Positions 1 to 9,771 of a stretch of DNA of 64,000 nucleotides are shown here, piece after piece. Source of the stretch: Candidatus Latescibacterota bacterium (GTDB lineage Bacteria > Latescibacterota > UBA2968 > UBA8231); NCBI GenBank assembly GCA_022820485.1, contig JAJEFJ010000099.1, positions 34,942-98,941 of the forward strand, written 5' to 3'. The notes beneath the pieces were generated by a model. The model was not told the origin of the DNA. It searched no databases and saw nothing but the letters and a program-made list of their open reading frames with translations. Every line of letters starts with the position of its first letter. Positions within the stretch are counted from its first letter, which is position 1. Both the position numbers and the translations under genes were made by a program.

Positions 1-205
1 GCGAGTGGGGAAATTGCGAGGTCCAAAATGAGATGCGCGCTGGCACGCAGAGCGGGTGCGGGGTGATTGCGTTTTCAAAGAGCACGCCGTCGTCGGCTAG
101 GCGTTCCATGGACGGGGTTTGGCAAAAGGTGTTGCCGTAGAGGTGGCTGGCCGTGGCGCGCTGTTGGTCGGTCATTATGACGAGGATGTTGGGGCGGTCG
201 GTCAT
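1..205 (-). CDS. Sulfatase (Cys-type, formylglycine-dependent), N-terminal part; the gene runs off the left edge
   Basis: Not in the ORF track because there is no stop in the window. Hand translation from ATG 205..203 gives MTDRPNILVIMTDQQRATASHLYGNTFCQTPSMERLADDGVLFENAITPHPLCVPARISFWTSQFPHS. It has the NILVIMTDQQR start and the C-x-P-x-R signature (CVPAR). Confidence 0.75.
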   Translation of the reverse strand, partial: MTDRPNILVIMTDQQRATASHLYGNTFCQTPSMERLADDGVLFENAITPHPLCVPARISFWTSQFPHS

Positions 206-234
206 GGGGGGTTCCTTTGGATGGATTGGATGCA

Positions 235-282
235 TTATGCCAGCATCAGCCACTCACCTTTGGGTTCCGGTATCGGATGGCA
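235..282 (-). pseudogene. hicB 3'-terminal remnant (15 codons plus stop)
   Basis: The minus strand reads CHPIPEPKGEWLMLA* with an in-frame TAA directly upstream. It matches at nucleotide level the 3' end of intact hicB at 2663..2710 (GDPIPEPKGERLMLA*). Confidence 0.6.
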
Positions 283-297
283 TTAAACCCCGATCCT

Positions 298-534
298 TCA
301 CACTAGAGTGGCATACTCATAAACTGGGGTCTCAATGGTACGGATGGGGCGGCATTGCTCCCACACCGCTTGCTGCAGGCGCTCAACGGTCTCCGGTGAG
401 AAGTGCTTCTCACCCGTCTCAACGTTGACTCGCGCCGGGACGTTTTCAATGAGGAAGAGTCTCCCACCGAACTCAATGTGGTACGTCACGTTTTTTTCGA
501 TCAGTGTCTCGTTCCATACTCTGTCTTCAGGCAT
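298..534 (-). CDS. Putative antitoxin partnered with the DUF4258 toxin; YgiT/MqsA-type zinc-ribbon-like sequence without Cys ligands
   Basis: 78-aa ORF overlapping the upstream toxin gene by 8 nt. IENVPARVNVETGEKHFSPETVERL resembles the YgiT pattern nVPa.vC..CGE.y.s, but with the cysteines replaced. Confidence 0.5.
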   Translation of the reverse strand: MPEDRVWNETLIEKNVTYHIEFGGRLFLIENVPARVNVETGEKHFSPETVERLQQAVWEQCRPIRTIETPVYEYATLV

Positions 535-847
535 CGTCCTGTTTCCTTATCTTGAAGTCGATCCATCTTGAGGGATCCGGTTCATAGAGGGTAATGATCT
601 TGATTATGGGTCTCATCGGATAGCTGCAATGAATATGCAGCGGCCTCTGTGATAACGTAAAGCCGAGAACTAGACAACTGGGTCCGTATTTGTCGTGCGG
701 ATAGTCTTCGATGACTTCACTCCGTTCCATGGCATCTCGGAAATCCTGCATGCTAATCCCGCGAATAATGCTCTGGTCGGTAGCATGTTGTGAGAACTCA
801 ACCTGACCAATCCTGATTTTCCTGCGTATTGCATTGAGAATTTCCAT
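527..847 (-). CDS. DUF4258-family toxin-like protein
   Basis: 106 aa. VEFSQHATDQSIIRGIS...VIEDYPHDKYGPSCLVLGFTLSQRPLHIHCSY fits the DUF4258 pattern (F..HA...R.I ... e.yp.d..g.s.L.lg ... lHv). Confidence 0.6.
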   Translation of the reverse strand: MEILNAIRRKIRIGQVEFSQHATDQSIIRGISMQDFRDAMERSEVIEDYPHDKYGPSCLVLGFTLSQRPLHIHCSYPMRPIIKIITLYEPDPSRWIDFKIRKQDDA

Positions 848-880
848 GGAATGTAGTGCAGGGCTTGTTCGTCAAAGGGC

Positions 881-2606
881 TTAGCTGTGAGCGAGTACGT
901 CGTCTAGAGACCGGGCAGTTCGGTACTCCGCCGGTGATTCGCTCACATTGAGCGCGGCGAAGTGCGCCTTGCCGCACTCGATTTTGGCACTTTCGGCATT
1001 GTGGAGATCACTGGCGAACAGGCTGGCCTTGGTTTCGACTACAAAATATAGCCGCTCGCCGTCGTCGTGCTCAACCAGCACGGCCCAGTCCGGGTTGTAG
1101 CTGCCAAGCGGCGTCGGCACCGCGAACCATCCCGGCAGTTTGGCGTACACCTTGACCGCAGTATTATTCTCTAACTGGTCTGCAAAGGAACGCTCAATGT
1201 CGGAGTCGTACACCACCTGATCATACACTGACTTCTCCGTGTCCGAGATCATGTTTTTCAGATAGCCGGTTAGTTCCTCTTGGTCAAATAACTCCTGTGC
1301 ATAGTAGTACTCGTCTCCGAGGCGTTGGTACTTGACGCCATTTACTAAAGCGAGACGCTTACAGCGATTGATAGCTTGCGCGGCGAGGTCGATGAATTGT
1401 TGTGGATTGCGCTTGAAATCATCGAGGCGTCCGCTCTCCGAGAGGATGCGGTGGATGCTGCGGCGCGTGAGTTGTGTGCGGTCCTGAAGCTCGGTGAGCA
1501 CATCGGGTAGCTCTACATCGGCCTCGTCTAGCACCACGGTTGCCGCCCCCTCGCGTTCGGTTGCCTCGACTCCTGCTTGGCCGATGGCGATGAGTGTCTT
1601 GGACTCGCCCTGTCGCGTCGATATATCCCTCTGCTTTCAGGTGTTCCCACAAATTTTTCGACGCTTCGGAACCGAGAGCCTTCGTCTGTCCGTCTATGCC
1701 GACGACCGGAATGGCGGCAAACTGATGCTCCTCCACGACGCCGAAGCGGATGCCGGTGTCGGCCTCGATCTCCTGCTGAAGATTCTCGGCAAATTCTTCG
1801 TAGCTCTCCGTGGCAATAACCGTGAGCGTGTTGATCTCAAAGCCATGCAGGCGCTGGCCCTCTTGATTGACGCACACTTTGATCCCCTGTGGACGCAGGC
1901 GCTTTTCCTTGTCGAAGTGCTCGCGGATGGTGCGGCGAATCATTTCGCGCTGGACGGCGAGAGCATCCACGTCGCCGTAGGATTCGCCCAACCGGAGAAA
2001 GCGCTCATCGCCGGGTACGCGTAACTCGACGAATTCGTTGCCCTTTTCGACGCGGATTTCGCCAATGCGACAGTCTTGGTAGATCGCACGTTTGGTGATT
2101 TGTTCGAAATCGTCGCCATCTTGGACAGTGACCTCTCGCCGACGGACCCCAGCCGCCGTTTCGACATCGAGTTCGATCTTGGCGCTGATCGTGCCGCGCT
2201 GGTTGCGCGTTGACACCAAGCGGACATAGGGCTTGTTGTGAGCGTCCTCGACGGTCGCCGACGCCACCTCAATTTGCTCGAAGATAGTGCGCAGGTACAC
2301 ATAGGTCTTGCCAGTGCCGGTCTCCATCTCGACAGTGAAATCGCCCGAATCTAAAGAGGCCGAAGGGGGCAAGCCGTTGCGGAACTGGACATCGTTCAGA
2401 TTCGCAAGTATCTGATCGTCGGGCAGGCTCAGCCGGTTGCCGGTGCCCAGATCGCTTTCCGTAAAGCCGAGACCAGCCTGAGCATCCGCAGTATTGTGCG
2501 TGACCGTGAACTCGGTGTGGCAGACCTCTTGGCCGCGAAACAGGTCGCAGACTGCTTCGATAGCTTGAAGTTGGTAGTCGAGGTTGGGTTCAAAGTGGAA
2601 TTTCAT
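881..2606 (-). pseudogene. res: Type III restriction endonuclease Res subunit, decayed (two internal deletions plus a frameshift)
   Basis: Track ORFs 1419..2657 and 881..1537 overlap in different frames. The N-terminus is MKFHFEPNLDYQLQAIEAVCDLF...METGTGKTYVYLRTIFE (Walker A). It then jumps straight to mid-protein sequence and again from GIKV to LTVIATESYEEFAENLQQEIE, so most of the helicase core is missing. The C-terminus YNPDWAVLVEHDDGERLYFVVETKAS is the PD-(D/E)xK nuclease motif. About 575 codons remain, where Res subunits are roughly 900-1000 aa. Confidence 0.8.
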
Positions 2607-2662
2607 GTGATGGCTCAGAAAACCTTTCCATTCGTAGATGCCGTTGAATCGGAACACCTTCG

Positions 2663-2875
2663 TTACGCCAGCATCAGCCGCTCACCTTTGGGTTCTGGTA
2701 TTGGATCGCCGAACTCTTTCGCGGTATCAATCCAGAGAGCCATCGCTTGATTGACGTGTCTGAGAGCGTCTTCTTGCGTATCACCATGAGCCATACATCC
2801 AGGAAGCTCAGGCACTTCAGCCACGAAAGCGTCGTCGTCGTTGCTCCAATAGAGAATAATCTCGTACTTGTACAT
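2663..2875 (-). CDS. hicB: HicB-family antitoxin
   Basis: 70 aa. YEIILYWSNDDDAFVAEVPELPGCMAHGDTQEDALRHVNQAMALWIDTAKEFGDPIPEP is a typical HicB N-terminal fold sequence. It is start/stop-overlapped with hicA. Confidence 0.85.
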   Translation of the reverse strand: MYKYEIILYWSNDDDAFVAEVPELPGCMAHGDTQEDALRHVNQAMALWIDTAKEFGDPIPEPKGERLMLA

Positions 2876-3126
2876 CAGTCTTCTCCTAGTTCGTACTTCA
2901 GGATCACCTTACGGACCTGCTGTACTTGATAGGGTTTCGCATGACCATTGTCGCGCTGTATATTGATTTTCTCCGTAACGCCATCCTTCCTGAATATATG
3001 ATGGCTTCCCTGCACTCGCTCGGTGAAGCCCAGATTTCGGAGCAGACCACGTAAGTCGCCGAAGCGGATGTTCGCATCTGATCGACCGCTGAGAATTTTT
3101 TGCAGAAGCTGCTCGTATCGGCTCAT
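2875..3126 (-). CDS. hicA: HicA-family mRNA interferase toxin
   Basis: Internal ATG at 3126 of track ORF 2875..3234. MSRYEQLLQKILSGRSDANIRFGDLRGLLRNLGFTERVQGSHHIFRKDG...HAKPYQVQQVRKVI carries the HicA GSHH motif. Confidence 0.85.
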   Translation of the reverse strand: MSRYEQLLQKILSGRSDANIRFGDLRGLLRNLGFTERVQGSHHIFRKDGVTEKINIQRDNGHAKPYQVQQVRKVILKYELGED

Positions 3127-3172
3127 GCTTGAGCTCCACCCAACCGTCGTATCTACAAGCTCCGCACGTTCC

Positions 3173-4665
3173 CTAATCCGTGCTGTTCCAGAATGGCCGC
3201 CATATTCGTCTTGTCTTGGCGACATCATCTTCAAAGGCGCTGTCGCGGAAAATCACCGTGGTGTCGCCTTCGGATTCGAGTTGATTATGCCACTCGGCAA
3301 TGCAGAAGGCCAACGAATCGACTTCCTCCCGGTCGATATGCTCGTCGAGGCAGGCGATCAACGTCCTGGTCCCGATGGAATGCACGGCCTTGCCCGCGAT
3401 GGTTCTGGTCTCGATAGGCACGCATAGGTCGAGGCCGAGCTTGAGCAGCAACTCGTAGAGGATGTCGTCTTGGCTTCGATTCGGTTTGATATGGTCGATA
3501 CTGTCGAGCAACGTTCCTTCCAAGTCGTCGCCGTCCGGCTCCCAGGCGCGGATATTAGAGGAGTCGAGCTTGAAGACGCGGAAGCCGAGGTCGCCAGTGA
3601 AAGTCGGGTTGTTTGACCGCACTTCTTCGCTGGCTTGGCGCAGTCTGTCCTTGGTGAGGTCGGCAATGGTAGCGGGACTGCTACTGGCATCCTGAGTTAA
3701 TGGCTCCGGTAGCTGAACTAGGATGCAGCGTCGATTGCTCTGATCGTCGGCGTTTTGGCGAAAGACTGCGTCCATGGTGGACCCGGTTCCAGCGAAGAAA
3801 TCTAGGCCAATGTCGTTCTCCGACTGAGACGTGGCAATTTGCAGCATTCGGCGTACTAGGCGCGTTGGCTTCGGCGTGTCGAATACGACATCGGAGGTTG
3901 GAGAACGCATAAGCGCCAGTAACTCCTTTTTTGCCTCCTGAGTATGGCCGACTTCGTCATAACGCCAGAGCGTTTGGGGAACCCTGCCATCCTGAACCTC
4001 TGACTCTCTTCGCCAAAGATGTCCTCCATTACACATCGCAGGTTGTGGACTTCGTGGTCGGCAATGCTGATGAATATTGCGCCGTCGTCGCGAAGCAAGT
4101 TCCGCGCCAGCTTCAAACGCGGATACATCATGTTCAGCCAGTCGGTGTGGAACCGCCCCGAGGCTTCCGTATTCGACGACAGCTTCCGGTTATCGTCGTC
4201 GGTCTGTCCCGTCAACTTCAGATAATTCTGGATGTTGTCCCGGTAGTCGTCGGGATAGATGAAATCCTTCCCCGTGTTATACGGTGGGTCAATGTAAATC
4301 AGCTTAACCTTCCCAGCATAGCTCTTCTGCAACAGTTTGAGTACCTCTAGGTTATCACCCTCGATCATCAGGTTCTGCGTCGTGTCCCAATCAACGCTTT
4401 CCTCCGGGCAGGGGCGCAAGGTGCCGGTCGAAGGCGTCAGCGCAAGCTGCCGCGCTTGGCGCTTGCCGTACCAGTTAAGGCCGTACTTCTCCTCGCGCTC
4501 GTCCACCTCGCCGCCGAGAAGTGACTTGAGCACCTCAAAGTCGATCTTGCCCTCGGTAAAGGCTTCGGGAAACAGGGCCTTCAGACGTTCGATGTTCTCG
4601 GCGATAACATCGGACGAGCACGTCTCTGGGTCGTTGGCAGTGATCTTTTTCACAAGTCTCCTCAA
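3173..4665 (-). pseudogene. mod: Type III / beta-class N6-adenine DNA methyltransferase Mod, frameshifted and missing its central region
   Basis: ORF 3856..4665 carries LIYIDPPYNTGKDF (motif IV) and makes sense up to DIFGEE (about nt 4006). ORF 3173..4036 in another frame makes sense from QTLWRYDEV (about nt 3973) through FDTPKPTRLVRRML and DFFAGTGST (motif I). The usual IIWxK...HE block and the target-recognition region between them are absent. Confidence 0.75.
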
Positions 4666-4699
4666 TTTACCATCTGGTATGTACGGCCGCTGTCGATCC

Positions 4700-4874
4700 G
4701 CCGATTGCCGGTGCCTCGATCGCTTTCCGCAAAGCCGAGGCTAGCCTGATTACCTGCCGCATCGCGCGTGACCGTGAACTCGCTGCGGCAGATCTTCTAG
4801 TTGCGAAATAGGTCGCAGACCGCGTCGATGGCTTGGAGTTGGTAGTCGAGGTTGGATTCAAAGTGGAGTTTCAT
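4700..4874 (-). pseudogene. Second copy of the res 5' end only (175 bp, in-frame stop)
   Basis: The minus strand reads MKLHFESNLDYQLQAIDAVCDLFRN*KICRSEFTVTRDAAGNQASLGFAESDRGTGNR. It aligns without gaps to 2432..2606, roughly four-fifths identical by eye. Homology ends just before the mod start. Confidence 0.75.
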
Positions 4875-5283
4875 CAGGTGCTTCGGTGGGAATGGACCAG
4901 TCTTCGCAATCAAGACCTTTCACCCGCCCGAATTCCCGGGTGTTGGCGGTCACTAGAACCAGACCGCGAGCCAGTGCTTGACCCGCAATCAGGGTGTCGA
5001 GCGGCCCAATGGGACGTCCGATCGCTTCAAGAGTTGCCCGAACCGCGCCGGCTGCACGAGCGTCCGCCGCATCAAAGGGCACGACTTCAAAGGCGATGCG
5101 ATCGAGCAAGCCGAGATTCCGATCCTTGTGTGTACTCTTAAAGGCTCCGTAGTAGAGTTCGTAGGTCACGAGAGCCGGCAACCCAAAATCCGCAGGAGTA
5201 TGGCGTCGCACCCGACTAGCAAGCGCGGGGGGCCGGCCGTTCAGTAGCGCAATGCAAGCGTTGGTATCGAGTAGATAGCGCAT
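4858..5283 (-). CDS. vapC: VapC-family PIN-domain toxin
   Basis: 141 aa. MRYLLDTNACIALL...TYELYYGA...DTLIAGQALARGLVLVTANTREF contains the PIN acidic residues. ATGA-type overlap with vapB. Confidence 0.85.
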   Translation of the reverse strand: MRYLLDTNACIALLNGRPPALASRVRRHTPADFGLPALVTYELYYGAFKSTHKDRNLGLLDRIAFEVVPFDAADARAAGAVRATLEAIGRPIGPLDTLIAGQALARGLVLVTANTREFGRVKGLDCEDWSIPTEAPDETPL

Positions 5284-5531
5284 TACTCAAAGGCGGTATC
5301 GAGGGCTGGCCGGATTTGATGCGGCGGCTGGTTGCGGCCTGCGGCCAAGAAATCCTCCGAGAATTTTCCTTGGATGGAATCGAGCCACGCCCAATCCGTG
5401 ACAACGGGTTCGAGGACTACAGCCACCCCTTGCTTGCGAATGCGCACTTCCTCGCCGTCCATGCGGAATTCCTTTGGCAGCCGAACGGCCTGAGAGCGCC
5501 CAGTCCAAAATAGTTTTGCCGTCTTAGCCAT
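5283..5531 (-). CDS. vapB: VapB / AbrB-SpoVT-type antitoxin
   Basis: 82 aa. MAKTAKLFWTGRSQAVRLPKEFRMDGEEVRIRKQGVAVVLEP is a swapped-hairpin AbrB-like N-terminus. AAGGAGGG lies upstream of the ATG. Confidence 0.8.
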   Translation of the reverse strand: MAKTAKLFWTGRSQAVRLPKEFRMDGEEVRIRKQGVAVVLEPVVTDWAWLDSIQGKFSEDFLAAGRNQPPHQIRPALDTAFE

Positions 5532-5841
5532 TGGTCCCTCCTTTTTTGGCGATTAATATATAGCATAGATATATATCACGCCAGCATCCGCCGAGATTTC
5601 GCCTATTGCTAACTCTTTCTTGGTTTTCCACTTGGGTACGGGTTGATCGGCAGCTTGCAGCGCATCTTCTCAAATGGGAAAATAGTGCTTTTGATGTTTC
5701 CCTTCGTCTAGTACTCCGTTGCGATTTTTCTATATTATCGAGTGTCGCCTATAATGGGAAAATCCCGATGGATGCACCAACCCAGAGCGACTCGTACGAG
5801 CCGCCTTGTCTCGTGCGGATGAGCAGGCCGGATAACGACCT

Positions 5842-7053
5842 ATGAATCGACCGTCGCGTTTTGCGCGCATTACCGCTGGCTTGGATCTCAATGCTCTGCT
5901 CAGCCCGCTGCGCAAATCTTTTTGGCTGTCCCTAGGAATCGCCGTGCTCCTGAACGCGATCTTGGTTCTGCTCAATCCCTTCCAGCAGCAGGCTGAAAAA
6001 GCGCCCCGGCCGCTAACCACCAAATTCGTCAAACGCCAACCGCGCCTGACCAAGGCGCTGGAATTGCGCAAAATTCCCCAACGCAAACGCCCGATGATCC
6101 GCCGCCAAGTGCGCACTGCCGCCGCCCGCATGGATCAGGTGCAAGCTACTGCGGCATTCTCCACGCGTGCCATCATCGCTCGTTCGACGGGCATGGCGAA
6201 TATGCTCCAAGTTGGACAAAGCAACCCACAGGCGCTTCCGGCGGCGCTGGAACCGGTCGTGGGGGTAACCGCGAACTTGGGAATCAGCCGCTCGCCCGAG
6301 CACAAAATCGACATGGGTTTGGAGATGCTGGATGTCGATGCCATGGACACGGGCCGCTACCGCGCCTTGGTGATACAGGATCCCAACGACAAGCAAGGGC
6401 TCAAGGGCTTTGTCAAATTTGCCCGCGTGGTCTCGGCCACGTATATGGCTGAAACCCAGACCAATGTCGTCGATGGCGGGCTCAACACGCGGGAAATCGA
6501 CGTCCTGTGCGATATGCTCAACGAGTGGACCGGCTTGCGCACCGAGTTCGTCGGCAGCTTTACCTTTGATGACGACCGCTTTCTAACGGTGCCGATCGTC
6601 ATCCCCCAAGGCGAGCCTAACGAAAACGAGTTGGACAATCTGGCGCGCTACCTGCTGGCGGGGGGCTTTGTTATGGCCGAGCAATTCGACTTTGAGGGGT
6701 TTTGGACGGAGGCTCTGGAAAAATACGGAGGACTGGTCAAGGGGCGCGATTTTTATACCGAACGCCTGCGGGAAGATCATCCGATATTCACGGCCTATTT
6801 TGACTTGGGAGACGGCGTCGCGCAGGGCGCCTCGCGTTTTGACGATCCGTACTACTGGAATGTGGTGAAAGGCTTGTTCGTCAAGGGACGACTAGTGGCC
6901 GTGCCTCGGGCCAACTCGGGTATTGGGGGGTATATGGGCTTTGCCGCCGAACGCGATGCGACCCGCATACTCCAGTTTGCGGTCAACACCGTGATCTACG
7001 CCCTGACCCAAGAAGGGTCCATGACGCAGCGGTTGATGCAGATTGTCCACTGA
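5842..7053 (+). CDS. Membrane-anchored DUF4159-like protein
   Basis: 403 aa with an N-terminal TM helix (FWLSLGIAVLLNAILVLL). The C-terminal part NLARYLLAGGFVMAE...EDHPIFTAYFDL...AVNTVIYALTQ fits my recollection of DUF4159. Confidence 0.5.
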   Translation: MNRPSRFARITAGLDLNALLSPLRKSFWLSLGIAVLLNAILVLLNPFQQQAEKAPRPLTTKFVKRQPRLTKALELRKIPQRKRPMIRRQVRTAAARMDQVQATAAFSTRAIIARSTGMANMLQVGQSNPQALPAALEPVVGVTANLGISRSPEHKIDMGLEMLDVDAMDTGRYRALVIQDPNDKQGLKGFVKFARVVSATYMAETQTNVVDGGLNTREIDVLCDMLNEWTGLRTEFVGSFTFDDDRFLTVPIVIPQGEPNENELDNLARYLLAGGFVMAEQFDFEGFWTEALEKYGGLVKGRDFYTERLREDHPIFTAYFDLGDGVAQGASRFDDPYYWNVVKGLFVKGRLVAVPRANSGIGGYMGFAAERDATRILQFAVNTVIYALTQEGSMTQRLMQIVH

Positions 7054-7064
7054 GGAGGGAGCCG

Positions 7065-8699
<1,635 letters not shown>

Positions 8700-8717
8700 T
8701 AAATGGTGCTCCTTGTG

Positions 8718-9767
8718 CTAAACGCTCGGTAGAACGGCTCCGACCCGCTGAGCGCAATCGAGGATTTGCCGCCAAGTTTCTTCCTCGACCGTCACGCCGG
8801 CCTGCCGCCGCTGTCGCTCTTGCTTTTCCAATTCTCCAGGCAGGAGAATGGCATCGACGCCTTCGGCCTTGGGCGAGGCCCGCAAGTAATCCGCGAACGC
8901 CCGCACTTGGGCCGCGTATTCGGCGAACGGCTGGAAGCGCCCAATGTCGATGACCAGCAAGAAGCAGCCGTTGCCGATCCGCGTCTTCCGGCCCCGCGCA
9001 CAACCCGCCCCGCTCAGCGCCCCGCCCAACAGTTCCACCACGACCCCGAGTCCGTAGCCCTTGTGGCCCATGACGCCGCCAAAGGGCAAGAGGCTGCCGC
9101 GCGGCTCGTCGTAAAAGTCCGCCGGATCTGTCGATGGCTGGCCGGTTGCGTCGATGATCCATCCTTCGGGGACCGGCTCCCCTCGGTTGCGCTTGACTCG
9201 CACCTTGCCCTCGGCGACGACGCTAGTCGTGATGTCCAGCACGAGTGCGCCGCCCTCTCCGTCGGGCCAGCCGCCCGCCAGCGGGTTGGTGGCCAAGCGC
9301 CCGGCGATACCGCCCCAAGGGGCCACGCTGGCACCGCCGCCGTGCGAGTTGGCGCAGAGCAGGCCGATCATGTTCGCTTCGGCGATGTGCTCCACATAGC
9401 TGCCGAGGCGACCGATGTGGTTGGCGTTTTTGACGGTTATGGCTGCGACTCCGCAGTTGCCAGCGCGTTCCAAGCCCATCTCCACCGCTTGGTTCATCAC
9501 GACTTGGCCAAATCCCCAGTGTCCGTCGAGCACGGCCGCCGCGGTCGTCTGGCGCACGATTTCGACCTCGGCGTGGGGGACGATCTCCCCCTTTTCAATG
9601 GTGCTTATGTACTGGGGAATGCGGATGACGCCGTGCGAATCGTGTCCCACGGCATTGGCGTCGGCCAGTAGCTTGGCGACGACATCGGCTGCCGCAGATG
9701 GTACACCGGCTGCGGCGAAGATGGCTGCGCCGACTTGGCGCAAGTGTTCGATGGAAAATGCGGGCAT
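8718..9767 (-). CDS. Ldh_2-family (malate/L-lactate/sulfolactate-type) dehydrogenase
   Basis: 349 aa. GHDSHGVIRIPQYI, GFGQVVMNQA, NANHIGRLGSY and LATNPLA are characteristic Ldh_2 blocks. Confidence 0.8.
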   Translation of the reverse strand: MPAFSIEHLRQVGAAIFAAAGVPSAAADVVAKLLADANAVGHDSHGVIRIPQYISTIEKGEIVPHAEVEIVRQTTAAAVLDGHWGFGQVVMNQAVEMGLERAGNCGVAAITVKNANHIGRLGSYVEHIAEANMIGLLCANSHGGGASVAPWGGIAGRLATNPLAGGWPDGEGGALVLDITTSVVAEGKVRVKRNRGEPVPEGWIIDATGQPSTDPADFYDEPRGSLLPFGGVMGHKGYGLGVVVELLGGALSGAGCARGRKTRIGNGCFLLVIDIGRFQPFAEYAAQVRAFADYLRASPKAEGVDAILLPGELEKQERQRRQAGVTVEEETWRQILDCAQRVGAVLPSV

Positions 9768-9771
9768 AGAG

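Noticed and set aside
153-428. A 91-aa plus-strand ORF spanning the sulfatase start, the hicB scar and the antitoxin gene.
   Set aside because: It overlaps three better-supported minus-strand elements and has a Trp/Gly/Ser-rich composition.
1419-1560. An Arg/Gly-rich tail (HRHRPSRSRGNRTRGGGNRGARRGR...) at the end of ORF 1419..2657.
   Set aside because: It is read-through past the frameshift of the res pseudogene. The real continuation is in the frame of ORF 881..1537.
5545-5580. A palindromic-looking AT stretch (ggcgattaatatatagcatagatatatatcacgcc) upstream of vapB as a VapB operator.
   Set aside because: It is plausibly the vapBC promoter or operator, but the complementary arms are short or self-complementary AT repeats. 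I cannot define boundaries or the -10 and -35 elements with confidence.
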